Shown here one piece after another: positions 38,311 to 47,688 of a DNA stretch of 64,000 bases (position 1 is its first letter; the number at the start of each line of letters is the position of its first letter). The position numbers and the translations under genes are program-made. This DNA comes from Candidatus Rokuibacteriota bacterium (GTDB lineage: Bacteria; Methylomirabilota; Methylomirabilia; Rokubacteriales; CSP1-6), in NCBI GenBank assembly GCA_003221455.1, contig QHRX01000009.1:10031-74030 (forward strand). The letters run 5' to 3'. A model generated the notes under the pieces. The model did not search any database. It saw nothing but the letters and a program-made list of their open reading frames with translations, and was not told the DNA's origin.

Positions 38311-39552
38311 ATGGTTGAGCAGCTCGTCCGGGCGGTTCCGGAACGGTGGCGGGAGATCGCGGGGGTGGTGGCCGCTCCCGTCATCTGGATTCCGCCGATG
38401 CAGCGAGCCATCGCGCAGTTCTTCCTCGAGTCCCCGTCGCTGTGGATCGCCGCCGTGAAATACGTGCTCCTCCTCTTCCCGGCGGCCCTCTGGGTCGTCG
38501 CGGTCTGGTGCACGCAAGGCGCGCTCTACACGCTGCCCTTTCGCGGCCGGCGCCAGGCCTTCGTCTCCACCATGCTGCTCATGTGGTGGGACGCCGTGCG
38601 CGCCGCGTGGCTCTACTGGATGGGGGTCCTCCGTCTCGCCGTGGTGCTCGTGGGGTGGAGCGCCATGTTCGTCAGCCTCGGCATGAAGCTGATGGCACGG
38701 GGGGCGGTCCGGCTGGCCGGGCTGCCCGTCACGGCGAGCAAACGGCTGGCGAAGCACCATTCCCGGCCCGGGGTGCCCTGGATCGCCGTCCTCATGTTCA
38801 GGTTCTGGTGCTTCGTGGAGGCCACGGTGTTCACCTGGGTCCTGTTCCCGACGGTGTCCACGGTGGTGGCGAAGTTCGTCGGTCCCGCCCACGCGCGGGC
38901 CTACACGGCGCCCGTCCTCTACGTCTTCCTGCTCCTCCTCGTCAGGGGAAGCTTCGCCAGCCTGCGGGCGCTCGCCGACGCCGTCAAGACGCACGAGCGC
39001 GAATGGCTGGCCCAGATCGTCGTGGTCGGGCTGTCCGTGATGGTGTTCGAGGTGTTGGTCCTCTACCGGGAGCTGGTGCACGTCCTGGCGTCCTGGATCG
39101 CCGCCCGGACGGGCGGGAGGTACGAGCTCGGCGCGTGGCTCACCGTGGCCATCCCGCTGGCGGGCTGGATCAGCGTCCGCAGCATGACGTGGTTCTTGTT
39201 CGCGCAATTCGGGACGCCGGCGCTGCCCGCCCATCTCGGGCGCCGGCCGGCGATCGAGCCGAACGGCCGGCCGATCACGGTGCCGCCGACGTCGGGCGGC
39301 GGCGGGTGGCGGGCAGAGCTGGACGAGCTCGGGCGGGGGATGGGCTGGCTGCACGAGAAGAGCGACGAACTGCTCGAATATTTGGCGCTCCCCGTCCTCA
39401 CGGTCCTGGCCGTCGCCCTCAATTTCGGCATGGTCCTCGTGACGTCGCGGCCCGCCTTCAGCGTCCCCTTCAAGGGTCTGAAGGCCGTGCCGGACACGGG
39501 GGACATTCTCGCGGCGATGGCCCCGCCACCGAGGAAGGGCGTCAGCGCGTGA
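38311..39552 (+). CDS. polytopic Trp-rich integral membrane protein, uncharacterised
   Basis: Strong GAAGGAGG RBS 5-8 nt upstream of the ATG at 38311. About 8 predicted TM helices. No recognisable family. Confidence 0.55.
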   Translation: MVEQLVRAVPERWREIAGVVAAPVIWIPPMQRAIAQFFLESPSLWIAAVKYVLLLFPAALWVVAVWCTQGALYTLPFRGRRQAFVSTMLLMWWDAVRAAWLYWMGVLRLAVVLVGWSAMFVSLGMKLMARGAVRLAGLPVTASKRLAKHHSRPGVPWIAVLMFRFWCFVEATVFTWVLFPTVSTVVAKFVGPAHARAYTAPVLYVFLLLLVRGSFASLRALADAVKTHEREWLAQIVVVGLSVMVFEVLVLYRELVHVLASWIAARTGGRYELGAWLTVAIPLAGWISVRSMTWFLFAQFGTPALPAHLGRRPAIEPNGRPITVPPTSGGGGWRAELDELGRGMGWLHEKSDELLEYLALPVLTVLAVALNFGMVLVTSRPAFSVPFKGLKAVPDTGDILAAMAPPPRKGVSA

Positions 39553-39691
39553 GGGGAGGCCTCGGCCACGATCGGTCCCCCGACGGGGGTCCGCGGATTC
39601 TGGACGGCCCGGCTCCGCTCGGGTCGAGGGGTGCCGGTCGATCCAACCTCACTCCTGCCCGGCGAGGCGGACCGCCCCGAGTACGCGTCGG

Positions 39692-39916
39692 ATGACGGCC
39701 CGAGCGTCCAGCTGCCTCGTGCTCCTCGTCGCCACGCTGATCGGGGGGGGCTGCGGTGACGAGCCGACCGAGGCACAGCGCCATCGGGACAATGTGCGGT
39801 GTGCGGAGTTCGCGGCGGGGCTCCAGGCCGAGCGCGCCGAAGCGGCCTACCAGCGGTGCATGGACGGCAGTCGGGAGCGGTTCAAAGCGCCCGAGGACAG
39901 CCCCCCGTCGAACTAA
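39692..39916 (+). CDS. small Cys-containing lipoprotein, hypothetical
   Basis: Lipobox (LIGGGCG). 74 aa with 3 further Cys. Confidence 0.4.
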   Translation: MTARASSCLVLLVATLIGGGCGDEPTEAQRHRDNVRCAEFAAGLQAERAEAAYQRCMDGSRERFKAPEDSPPSN

Positions 39917-40043
39917 GGCCTCGGGCGGGTCCGACGCGGCGGAGGGCGCGTCGCGACGGCCACGCACGATCGCCCGACCCGCGAGGATCGGCCGGCGCCG
40001 CGTACGGCCGCCGAGCCACCACTGGGATAAGATCTGTAGCGGC

Positions 40044-40736
40044 ATGAGTGATCTCCCGGCCCACCCAGTCCGACGGGTCGTCTGGAAGGTCTGCGCCGTC
40101 GCCGCCGCCGTGCTCCTGGCCGGCCTGATCGCGGTCGATATCCATCTGGCGTGGAACGTGATTCGCACGTCTCGGGTCGAACGCGAGACAGCGAAGCTGC
40201 GCACGTGGGAGCCGACGGCGATCGCCATCCGGGCCGATCAACTGCGGATCCCGGGCGGGCGGGGTCCCTTTCTGATGGCGACGATTGAGACGCGGTGCAG
40301 CGGCTCTCGCCTGTACTATACCCTCAGCGTCCGGAAGAACCCCCAGTGCTGCGCCGCCGCGACCGGCGACGGCGCCGCCGGGCCCGTCGCGGCCGTCCTG
40401 CTGGACCTCGTGAGCTTCGATGACTTACTCAGCTCGGTCAGACGATTCACCATCCGCCTCATCGACGAGCAGGGGGCCACGATGAAGACCGTGGTGGTGG
40501 CGCGGCGTCAGGTGTATCTCCAGTCGGACAACGCGGGCGGCGTTCGCGCGGGCGAGGCGAGTGCCGGCGTCCCTTGGGACTGCGGCGTCTACAGCCAGGT
40601 CAAGCGGGTCGTCGTCGAGTCGGACGAGTTTCGCGAGAAGAGTGAGCGGGCCGTGTCCCCGCACGTCGCCGCGGCGCACGCCCCGCCCGCCGATCACGGC
40701 TCTTCGCCGGGCCGCGAGCGGGATCGGGGGCGGTAG
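40044..40736 (+). CDS. membrane-anchored periplasmic protein, hypothetical
   Basis: Single N-terminal TM (VCAVAAAVLLAGLIAV), then a domain with 4 Cys. No known family. Confidence 0.4.
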   Translation: MSDLPAHPVRRVVWKVCAVAAAVLLAGLIAVDIHLAWNVIRTSRVERETAKLRTWEPTAIAIRADQLRIPGGRGPFLMATIETRCSGSRLYYTLSVRKNPQCCAAATGDGAAGPVAAVLLDLVSFDDLLSSVRRFTIRLIDEQGATMKTVVVARRQVYLQSDNAGGVRAGEASAGVPWDCGVYSQVKRVVVESDEFREKSERAVSPHVAAAHAPPADHGSSPGRERDRGR

Positions 40737-40840
40737 AATGACCCGATTGCGTTGGGCCGCGCGGATCGGCTAAGTATTAGCGCCGGGGCGGCAGGATCCG
40801 GGGCGTGTGGTCCGAAGCGCCCGGGGGGGAGGAAGGGCTC

Positions 40841-41725
40841 ATGGCCACGACAAGCGTACGACATTTGACCGCGGAGCAGATCGCCGCCTACCATCGTGAC
40901 GGCTACCTCGCGGTGCGGGACGTGATCGACCCGACGCAGCTCGAGGCACTCCGGGCGGCGACGGACGAGTTCGTCGAGCAGTCGCGGCGCGTCACGTCGA
41001 GCGGCCCCGTGTTCGACCTCGATCCCCGTCACACGGCGGAGCGCCCGATCCTGCGGCGAATCAAGAATCCCGCCGACAACCACGCGCTCTACCGCTGGGT
41101 GGCCTTCGAGTCCCCGATCCCGGCGATCGTGGCGGAGCTGATCGGCCCCGACGTCAAGTTCCACCACAGCAAGCTGAACCTCAAGGGCGAGAAGATCGGC
41201 GCGCCAGTCGAGTGGCACCAGGACGCCGCGTTCTACCCCCACTCGAACGACGACGTGCTCGCGGTGGGGCTCCTGCTCGACGACGCCACGCCTGAGAACG
41301 GCTGCCTCGCCGTGCTGCCCGGAAGCCACCGGGGGCCCGTGTACGACCACTACGAGGGCGATGGCTTCACCGGCAGCATCAACCGGGCGGACCTCGGCCG
41401 GCTCGACCTCGGGCGGGCGGTCCCGCTCCCGGTCCCGGCCGGAAGCATCCACATCCACCACTACCGGGCCGTCCACGGGTCGGCCGAGAACAGGTCGAGC
41501 GCCCCGCGGCGGCTCCTGATCAACTCCTATAGCGCGGCGGACGCGATCCCGTTCACCCCCGACACCCAGCACTCGCCGCTCTACGGCCGGATCGTGTGCG
41601 GCGTCCCCGCCGCGCAGTTTCGACGCACGGCGGCCGAGTGGCGGATGCCGCCGACCTGGGACCACGGCTACACGTCGATCTACGAGCTCCAGGGACGCGC
41701 CAGCGGCGCGCCGGGAGCGATGTGA
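40841..41725 (+). CDS. phytanoyl-CoA dioxygenase (PhyH) family Fe(II)/2-oxoglutarate oxygenase
   Basis: HxD...H facial triad (WHQDAAFYPH ... HIHHYRAVHGS). GGGAGGAAGG RBS. Confidence 0.8.
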   Translation: MATTSVRHLTAEQIAAYHRDGYLAVRDVIDPTQLEALRAATDEFVEQSRRVTSSGPVFDLDPRHTAERPILRRIKNPADNHALYRWVAFESPIPAIVAELIGPDVKFHHSKLNLKGEKIGAPVEWHQDAAFYPHSNDDVLAVGLLLDDATPENGCLAVLPGSHRGPVYDHYEGDGFTGSINRADLGRLDLGRAVPLPVPAGSIHIHHYRAVHGSAENRSSAPRRLLINSYSAADAIPFTPDTQHSPLYGRIVCGVPAAQFRRTAAEWRMPPTWDHGYTSIYELQGRASGAPGAM

Positions 41726-41730
41726 TCGCC

Positions 41731-43029
41731 ATGACGGGTCGTCGGCTCGGCCTGGGAGCGCTCGCCGTCCTGCTCCTGCTCGTGGCGGGCGCGGCCACGC
41801 CGGCCGAGGCGCAAAAACCGCGGCTCCGCGTCTGGCTCCTCCGCACCTACGTGCCCGACGCCAACAAGGCGCTCGAGGCGAGCATTGCCGAGTGGGGCCG
41901 GCAGAAGAACGTCGAGACGTCGATCGAGTACTTCACCTTCGACGACATCGAGACCAAGTACGTCGCGGCGATCGAGACGGACTCCCTGCCTGACGTGGGC
42001 CAGCTCCAGACGATCAGCCCCTCGCGCTACCACGGCATGGGGCGTCTCATGGACGTGAGCGACGTGGTCGCCGACGTCGAGCGGACGAACGGGCCGTTGC
42101 TCGACTCGGCCCTCGCCGCGACCCGCTTCGGCGGTCGCTTCTACGCCGTGCCGTTCAACTACATCACCGATGTCCTGTTCGTCCGCACGGACGTGTTCAA
42201 GAAGGCGGGGGTCCCGTACCCGAAGACCTGGGAGGAGGTACGGGAGGCCGCCCGTCGGATCAAAGCGAAGGGCGTGATGGACTACCCGCTCGGCCAGAGC
42301 TGGAATCGGAGCGCCGACGGCTATGGGGTGTTCCAGGCGCTGCTCTACTCCTACGGAGGCGGCTGGGCCGACGCCCGCGGTCACTACAAGTCGATCATGA
42401 ACGATACCTGGCGGGCGGTCGTCCGGTGGGCGAGCGAGATCTATACCAAGGACAAGACGGTGCCGCCCGACGCGATGGCCTGGACCGGCTTCGGCAACAA
42501 CGAGGCGTACCTCGGCGGCAAGATCGCGATGACCTTCAACGGTCCGAGCATCTACTACGTGCTCGAGAAGGAGAATCGACCGCTCCTCGGCGACACGCTG
42601 ATGCTGGTCAAGCCCGCCGGCCCCGCCGGTCGGAACCACGACGTGTTCCTCCTCTCGTGGGGCGTGTTCAACGGCACCAAGCACGCGGAGCTGGCCCGGG
42701 ACCTGGTTCGCTTCGTCATGTCCCCGGACGAGGCCCGGAAGTACATGTACCAGTCGTGGGGGCAGATGGTGCCGGCCTTCGAGAAGCTCCGCCGCGACCC
42801 CTACTGGCAGAAGAACCCCTCGTACAAGGCGGTCCTCGAGGCGCCGAGCCACGCCCACACTCCCGGCTACCCGGGCCCGCTCACCCCGGCCGCGGCCGAG
42901 GTCGTCGCCACCAACGTCCTCACCGATCTCTGCGCGCGCGTGATCGTGGAGGGCTGGGACGTCGAGCGCGCCCTCCAGGAAGCCGACAAGCGCATCAACG
43001 ACATCTACGCCACTGTGCCCTCCCGATAG
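41731..43029 (+). CDS. ABC transporter substrate-binding protein (family 1, carbohydrate)
   Basis: Signal peptide and family-1 SBP fold pattern. Confidence 0.85.
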   Translation: MTGRRLGLGALAVLLLLVAGAATPAEAQKPRLRVWLLRTYVPDANKALEASIAEWGRQKNVETSIEYFTFDDIETKYVAAIETDSLPDVGQLQTISPSRYHGMGRLMDVSDVVADVERTNGPLLDSALAATRFGGRFYAVPFNYITDVLFVRTDVFKKAGVPYPKTWEEVREAARRIKAKGVMDYPLGQSWNRSADGYGVFQALLYSYGGGWADARGHYKSIMNDTWRAVVRWASEIYTKDKTVPPDAMAWTGFGNNEAYLGGKIAMTFNGPSIYYVLEKENRPLLGDTLMLVKPAGPAGRNHDVFLLSWGVFNGTKHAELARDLVRFVMSPDEARKYMYQSWGQMVPAFEKLRRDPYWQKNPSYKAVLEAPSHAHTPGYPGPLTPAAAEVVATNVLTDLCARVIVEGWDVERALQEADKRINDIYATVPSR

Positions 43030-43078
43030 CGTCGCCTCCTCCGCCCCCGCGCTCGGGCGGGCCTCGGCGAGCCGACGG

Positions 43079-43945
43079 GTGCTCCCGCCCGATGCCGGGA
43101 TCGGCTACCTGTTCGTCCTGCCGCTCGTCGTCCTCGTCCTCCTGCTGATCGCCTATCCGCTCGGGAGCGCCGTCTATCTGAGCCTCACCGAGAAGTACGT
43201 CGGGTACCCGCCGCGCTTCGTCGGTCTGAAGAACTACGTGGAGCTGACGGGGGACCCGGTCTTCCGGAAGGTCATCTGGAACAGCGCGGTGTTCACCGTC
43301 GGGTCGGTGACGGTCAAGCTCATGATCGGGCTCCTGATGGCGCTCTCGCTCCACCAGGCGCTCTTCGCGCGGCGCCTCGTCCGCGGCCTCTTGCTCCTGC
43401 CGTGGGTCGTCCCCACCGTCATCACCGCGCTCGCGTGGCACTGGATGTTCGACGCGCTCCGCGGCTTCATCAACGTGTCGCTCGAGACCCTCGGCCTGAT
43501 CGGTGAGCCGATCGCCTGGCTCGGGCAACCGTCCACGGCCATGATGGCCGTGGTCGTCGTCAACATCTGGCGCGGGTTCCCCTTCTTCGGCGTCTCGCTG
43601 CTGGCGGGCCTCCAGGCCATCCCGGCCGATCTCTACGAGGCGGCCGCCGTGGACGGCGCCTCGGCCACCCAGCGGTTCCGCCACGTCACGCTTCCCGGAC
43701 TCCGCCCGGTGATCTTCGTGACCACGCTGATCTCGACGATCTTCACGCTCAACGACTTCAACATCGTCTACGTGATGACGCGGGGCGGCCCCGGCATCGC
43801 CACCCACATCCTCGCCACGTACACCTACGAGGTCGGGTTCCAGGCGCTGCGCTGGGGTCGGGCGGTGGCGGTCTCGATGTACCTGATGCCCCTCGTGGTG
43901 GTGATGATCGTCGTGCTCGCCCGGCGGCTGACGCGGGAGGACTGA
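43079..43945 (+). CDS. ABC transporter permease (MalF/UgpA-like)
   Basis: 6 TM helices. EAA loop (EAAAVDGASATQRFRHVTLP). Confidence 0.85.
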   Translation: MLPPDAGIGYLFVLPLVVLVLLLIAYPLGSAVYLSLTEKYVGYPPRFVGLKNYVELTGDPVFRKVIWNSAVFTVGSVTVKLMIGLLMALSLHQALFARRLVRGLLLLPWVVPTVITALAWHWMFDALRGFINVSLETLGLIGEPIAWLGQPSTAMMAVVVVNIWRGFPFFGVSLLAGLQAIPADLYEAAAVDGASATQRFRHVTLPGLRPVIFVTTLISTIFTLNDFNIVYVMTRGGPGIATHILATYTYEVGFQALRWGRAVAVSMYLMPLVVVMIVVLARRLTRED

Positions 43946-43946
43946 G

Positions 43947-44765
43947 GTGGGGGCCCGCGTGCTCGCCTGGGTGTCTCTCTCGGTCCTGCTCGTGGCCGTG
44001 GGCGTGCCCTTCTACTGGATGGTGACCACGTCGCTCAAGACGTCGACCCAGATCCAGAGCCTCACGCCCTACTACTACCCGCGCCCGGTCACCTTCGGGA
44101 ACTACGTCGAGCTCCTGCGCGGCACCGGCTTTCCGCGCTGGATCCGCAACAGCACGGCCGTGGCGCTGGGCGCCTCGCTGGTGACGGTCCTCGTGAGCTG
44201 TCTGGCCGGCTACAGCCTCGCGCGCATCCGCTACCCGGGGCGGCGCCTCCTGGCCACGACGGTGCTGGTCGTCTACCTGGTACCGCCGACGCTCCTCTTC
44301 ATCCCGCTCTATACGATCCTCAACGGCCTCGGCCTCGCCAACACGCTCTGGGCCCTGCTCGTCGCGTACCCGACCTTCACGGTCCCGTTCTGCACGTGGC
44401 TCCTGATCGGGTTCTTCCGGTCGATCCCGCCCGACCTCGAGGACGCGGCCATGGTGGATGGCGCGAGCCGCGTCCAGGCCTTTCACCGCGTCGTCCTTCC
44501 GCTGGCGGCGCCGGGCGTGCTCGCGGCCGGGCTCTTCGCGTTCACGCTCGCCTGGAACGAGTTCCTGTACGCGCTCGTGTTCATCCACGACGGCGACCTG
44601 AAGACGATCCCGGTCGGGCTGAACGACCTGATGTTCGGCGACATCTTCCTGTGGGGCCAGCTCATGGCGGCGTCGGTGCTCACGACGGTGCCCGTCGTCG
44701 TGCTCTACACCTACCTGCAGCGCTACATGGTCGAGGGGCTGACCGCGGGCGCGGTGAAGGGGTAG
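43947..44765 (+). CDS. ABC transporter permease (MalG/UgpE-like)
   Basis: EAA loop (DLEDAAMVDGASRVQAF). GTG start 1 nt after the upstream stop. Confidence 0.85.
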   Translation: MGARVLAWVSLSVLLVAVGVPFYWMVTTSLKTSTQIQSLTPYYYPRPVTFGNYVELLRGTGFPRWIRNSTAVALGASLVTVLVSCLAGYSLARIRYPGRRLLATTVLVVYLVPPTLLFIPLYTILNGLGLANTLWALLVAYPTFTVPFCTWLLIGFFRSIPPDLEDAAMVDGASRVQAFHRVVLPLAAPGVLAAGLFAFTLAWNEFLYALVFIHDGDLKTIPVGLNDLMFGDIFLWGQLMAASVLTTVPVVVLYTYLQRYMVEGLTAGAVKG

Positions 44766-44767
44766 GC

Positions 44768-45598
44768 TCAGAAGACCTCGTCACGCTCGCCGAACTCGAA
44801 CTCCTCGGTCCGGTCGTCGAGCCCCTCGCGGGTCAGGATCCCCCCCTCGATGAGGAGCCCCTCGAACGCCCGGAGCCAGCGTTCGTAGTAGGTGGACTCC
44901 TCGCCGCGGGTCTCGGCGGCGGCGATCTCGGCGCTGAGGCGCCGCTGGAAGTCCCGCCAGTCGTAGACGCGTCGATCCTGGAGCGCGACCGCCATGCCGA
45001 AGACGCGCCCCTGCCAGGGCGCCTCGAAGAGGAGCTCCCCGTTCCGCCGGGGAACGGCAGCCGGCCCGTCCATGTTCGCGACGAGGCGGTCCGGCGTCGG
45101 CGCCGAGGGCCCGGGCGCCGTGGGAGGGGGGACGAGGGGGGCGCCGTCGCCGGACCCCGCGCGGGGCCGGAGATGGCGATCGTCGACGGGCTGGCCGTCC
45201 GGGCGCTCGACCCACGTCGAGGCGGTGAACTGGAGAGCGGCGAGAGCGGGCGGGGGTGGCTGCCAGCCATCCGCCCCGAGGAGCTCCTCGACATAGTCGT
45301 AGAGCGCCCGCGCCTGGGCCTCGGAGTTGATCGAGTGGAACCAGGCCTGGCGGCCGTCGAAGAGCAGCATGACCACGTTGGCGAGGCGGCAGGGGCCGAG
45401 GCAGCCGCCGATGGTGAGGTGGACGCGGTGACGCAGGCTCCGTCGCTCCCACTCGTCGTGGAACCGCGCGCGCGGCACCGGCGGGAAGCCGGCCTCGGTG
45501 CGGCCGCAGCAGCAGCCGTCGGCGCAGACGAAGAGGTGGCCGCGCGTGCGCGGCACCTGGAGGCGTCGGCCGTCGGCTCGGGACACGATGTTGCGCAT
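44768..45598 (-). CDS. nitrile hydratase accessory/activator-like protein with N-terminal thioredoxin-like [2Fe-2S] ferredoxin domain
   Basis: N-terminal HLFVC..C.C...(about 30 aa)...GGCLGPC..ANVVML.FDGRQAW matches the Trx-like 2Fe-2S ferredoxin pattern. C-terminal half resembles NHase beta/accessory proteins (LFEAPWQGRVFGMAVAL, YYERWL). Confidence 0.55.
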   Translation of the reverse strand: MRNIVSRADGRRLQVPRTRGHLFVCADGCCCGRTEAGFPPVPRARFHDEWERRSLRHRVHLTIGGCLGPCRLANVVMLLFDGRQAWFHSINSEAQARALYDYVEELLGADGWQPPPPALAALQFTASTWVERPDGQPVDDRHLRPRAGSGDGAPLVPPPTAPGPSAPTPDRLVANMDGPAAVPRRNGELLFEAPWQGRVFGMAVALQDRRVYDWRDFQRRLSAEIAAAETRGEESTYYERWLRAFEGLLIEGGILTREGLDDRTEEFEFGERDEVF

Positions 45599-45623
45599 GG
45601 CGGCGTCGACGGAGGCCGCGAGA

Positions 45624-46238
45624 CTACCGCGCCGGGGCCGCCGCCGTCACCCGGGCCACCCCGATCATCGCGTCACGGGTGACGAGCCGCGCCAGCTCGG
45701 CCTCGCCGAGGTGCCCGGTGCCGGCGGGGCGTTCGGGCAGCACCAGGTAGCGGACCTCGGCGCTGCTGTCCCAGACCCGAACCTCGACCGACTCGGGGAG
45801 CTCGAGACCGAACTCGCGCAGGAGCGTCCGCGGTTCGAGCACGGCCCGCGAGCGATAGGCGGGCATCTTGTACCAGTTCGGTGGCAGCCCCAGCACCGGC
45901 CACGGATAGCAGGAGCAGAGCGTGCAGACGACCAGGTTGTGCACGGTCGGGGTGTTCTCCACGGCGACCAGCTTGTCGCCGCCGCCGCGGCCGCCGAAGC
46001 CGAGCTCCGCGATGGCCGCGGCGCCGTCGGCGAGGAGCCGCTGCTTGTAGGCCGAATCGACCCAGGCGCGCGCCACCACCCGGGCGCCGTTCATCGGGCC
46101 GACGTCGTTCTCGTAGATGGCCACCAGCTTGTCCACGACGTCGCTGGACAGGAGCCCCTTCTCGATCAGCAGCGACTCGAGCGCCCGCACGCGGAGCGCC
46201 GGGTACGGCTCGGGCTCGGAGTTATGCGTGCCGCCCAT
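45624..46238 (-). CDS. nthA: nitrile hydratase alpha subunit (cobalt type)
   Basis: Metal-binding claw [10 protein letters not shown]. The Thr/Tyr variant is typical of Co-type enzymes. 204 aa. Confidence 0.85.
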   Translation of the reverse strand: MGGTHNSEPEPYPALRVRALESLLIEKGLLSSDVVDKLVAIYENDVGPMNGARVVARAWVDSAYKQRLLADGAAAIAELGFGGRGGGDKLVAVENTPTVHNLVVCTLCSCYPWPVLGLPPNWYKMPAYRSRAVLEPRTLLREFGLELPESVEVRVWDSSAEVRYLVLPERPAGTGHLGEAELARLVTRDAMIGVARVTAAAPAR

Positions 46239-46274
46239 CGTCCTGCCCTCCGCCTGGCCGGGAGGCCGCGGCGG

Positions 46275-46949
46275 TCACGCCGGCTCCAGGTAGCTCTCCC
46301 ACAGGTCCAGGTACACCCACGCGCCGGGCTCGGCGCTCTCGCCCCAGAGCTCCCGGCCCTCGAAGCGGACGCTATAGAGGGGCTGCGGCTGTCGCCCGCG
46401 GCCGTGGGCGTGAGCGTCGGGCAGCGTGTAGACGCCGTGGAAGCGCTCGATCGCGCCGTGGCGGCCGCGGGCGTACCGCGGCAGGCGCGTGTGGCCCGCC
46501 GGGTGCGTGTTCCGGGTCAGGACCCGGTCGCCGGCGCGGAAGCGCGGCGCCGGCGCCGCCTCGCTCTTCGCGGCGCTGCCCGCCCGGACGGCGTGGAGCA
46601 GGCGCGCGCTCAGCGCGGGATCGTCGCGGCGCGGGTGCGCCGCCGGGTTCGCGCCAAGGGCGGCCGTGCGGACGTCCAGCTCGATTCGCTTCACCACGCC
46701 CTTCTCGATCAGGAGCGTCTCGACGGCGGCAAACCAATGCTCGTAGTACCCGGAGGCGAGGTAGTGGGCGGCGCCCATGCGCTCGATGCCGTGGCGGAAC
46801 TCGTCGACGTTGTAGAGCCGCTGCGTCATCGCCGCGACGTTCATGGCGAGCACGCGCTTCTCCCAATCCGCGTGGAAGACCGGCTCGTTCGGCTCACGCG
46901 CGACCGGCCCGAACCCCTGCATCCCGCCGAGGTCGTGGACGCCGTTCAT
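46275..46949 (-). CDS. nthB: nitrile hydratase beta subunit
   Basis: MNGVHDLGGMQGFGPV N-terminus and C-terminal beta-barrel half. Start at the internal ATG (46949) of a longer ORF. Confidence 0.8.
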   Translation of the reverse strand: MNGVHDLGGMQGFGPVAREPNEPVFHADWEKRVLAMNVAAMTQRLYNVDEFRHGIERMGAAHYLASGYYEHWFAAVETLLIEKGVVKRIELDVRTAALGANPAAHPRRDDPALSARLLHAVRAGSAAKSEAAPAPRFRAGDRVLTRNTHPAGHTRLPRYARGRHGAIERFHGVYTLPDAHAHGRGRQPQPLYSVRFEGRELWGESAEPGAWVYLDLWESYLEPA

Positions 46950-47008
46950 GCGCGCATGATCGACGAACGCCCACGGCGCGTCAAGCGGCGCGGGCGGCGA
47001 GGTCGGGG

Positions 47009-47677
47009 TCAGTCGACGAAGGCGACGGCCCGCACGGGCGAGCCGTCGGCGCCCTCGATCGCGAGCGGAAGGGCCGCGAAGCGGCAGCGCGGCCGCCGGA
47101 TCTCGTGCAGATTCGCCAGGTACTCGATGACCGTGACGCCGGCCGGGAACAGGATGAAGTGGGTCGTGCTGTCCTCGCGCGCGAGCGGGGTGTCGGGGCG
47201 GAAGATCATGTCGCGGATGCAGTAGTCGGGCGGGTAGTCGTAGCCGACCGCCTTCACGCGCCGCCGCACGAGCCAGTGGCACGCGCTCGCGTCCGTGTAC
47301 GGCGCGTGGCTCCAGAAGCGCTCGGTCTCGACGCCCACCCGGAGGGGCCAATCGGTCCGCAGGAGCACGATGTCTCCACCCCGCACGTGCTGGGCCCGCT
47401 GCTCGAGCTCGGCGGCCGTCACGGCGCCGTTCTCGCCGAGGTGCGTGAGGTCCACCACCACCGCGTCACCGATCCACTGGTCCACCGGCATCTGGGCGAT
47501 GTGGCGCGCGCCGGGAAGGAAGTGCGACGGTGCGTCGACGTGGGTGAACGCGTGGCACGGCATGGTCACGCTGGTGGACTGGAAGACGTCGCCGCGATGG
47601 TGGGAGCCGCGGACCTCCGTCGCGACCTTCCAGCGGAAGTGCGTCTTGATCGGCAGGCTCAGGTCGACGACGCGCAC
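47009..47677 (-). CDS. cyclase-family metal-dependent hydrolase (kynurenine/aryl-formamidase-like)
   Basis: Cyclase fold motif (HAFTHVDAPSHF) and downstream His/Asp/Glu metal ligands. Confidence 0.75.
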   Translation of the reverse strand: MRVVDLSLPIKTHFRWKVATEVRGSHHRGDVFQSTSVTMPCHAFTHVDAPSHFLPGARHIAQMPVDQWIGDAVVVDLTHLGENGAVTAAELEQRAQHVRGGDIVLLRTDWPLRVGVETERFWSHAPYTDASACHWLVRRRVKAVGYDYPPDYCIRDMIFRPDTPLAREDSTTHFILFPAGVTVIEYLANLHEIRRPRCRFAALPLAIEGADGSPVRAVAFVD

Positions 47678-47688
47678 CCGTCCTCCGA

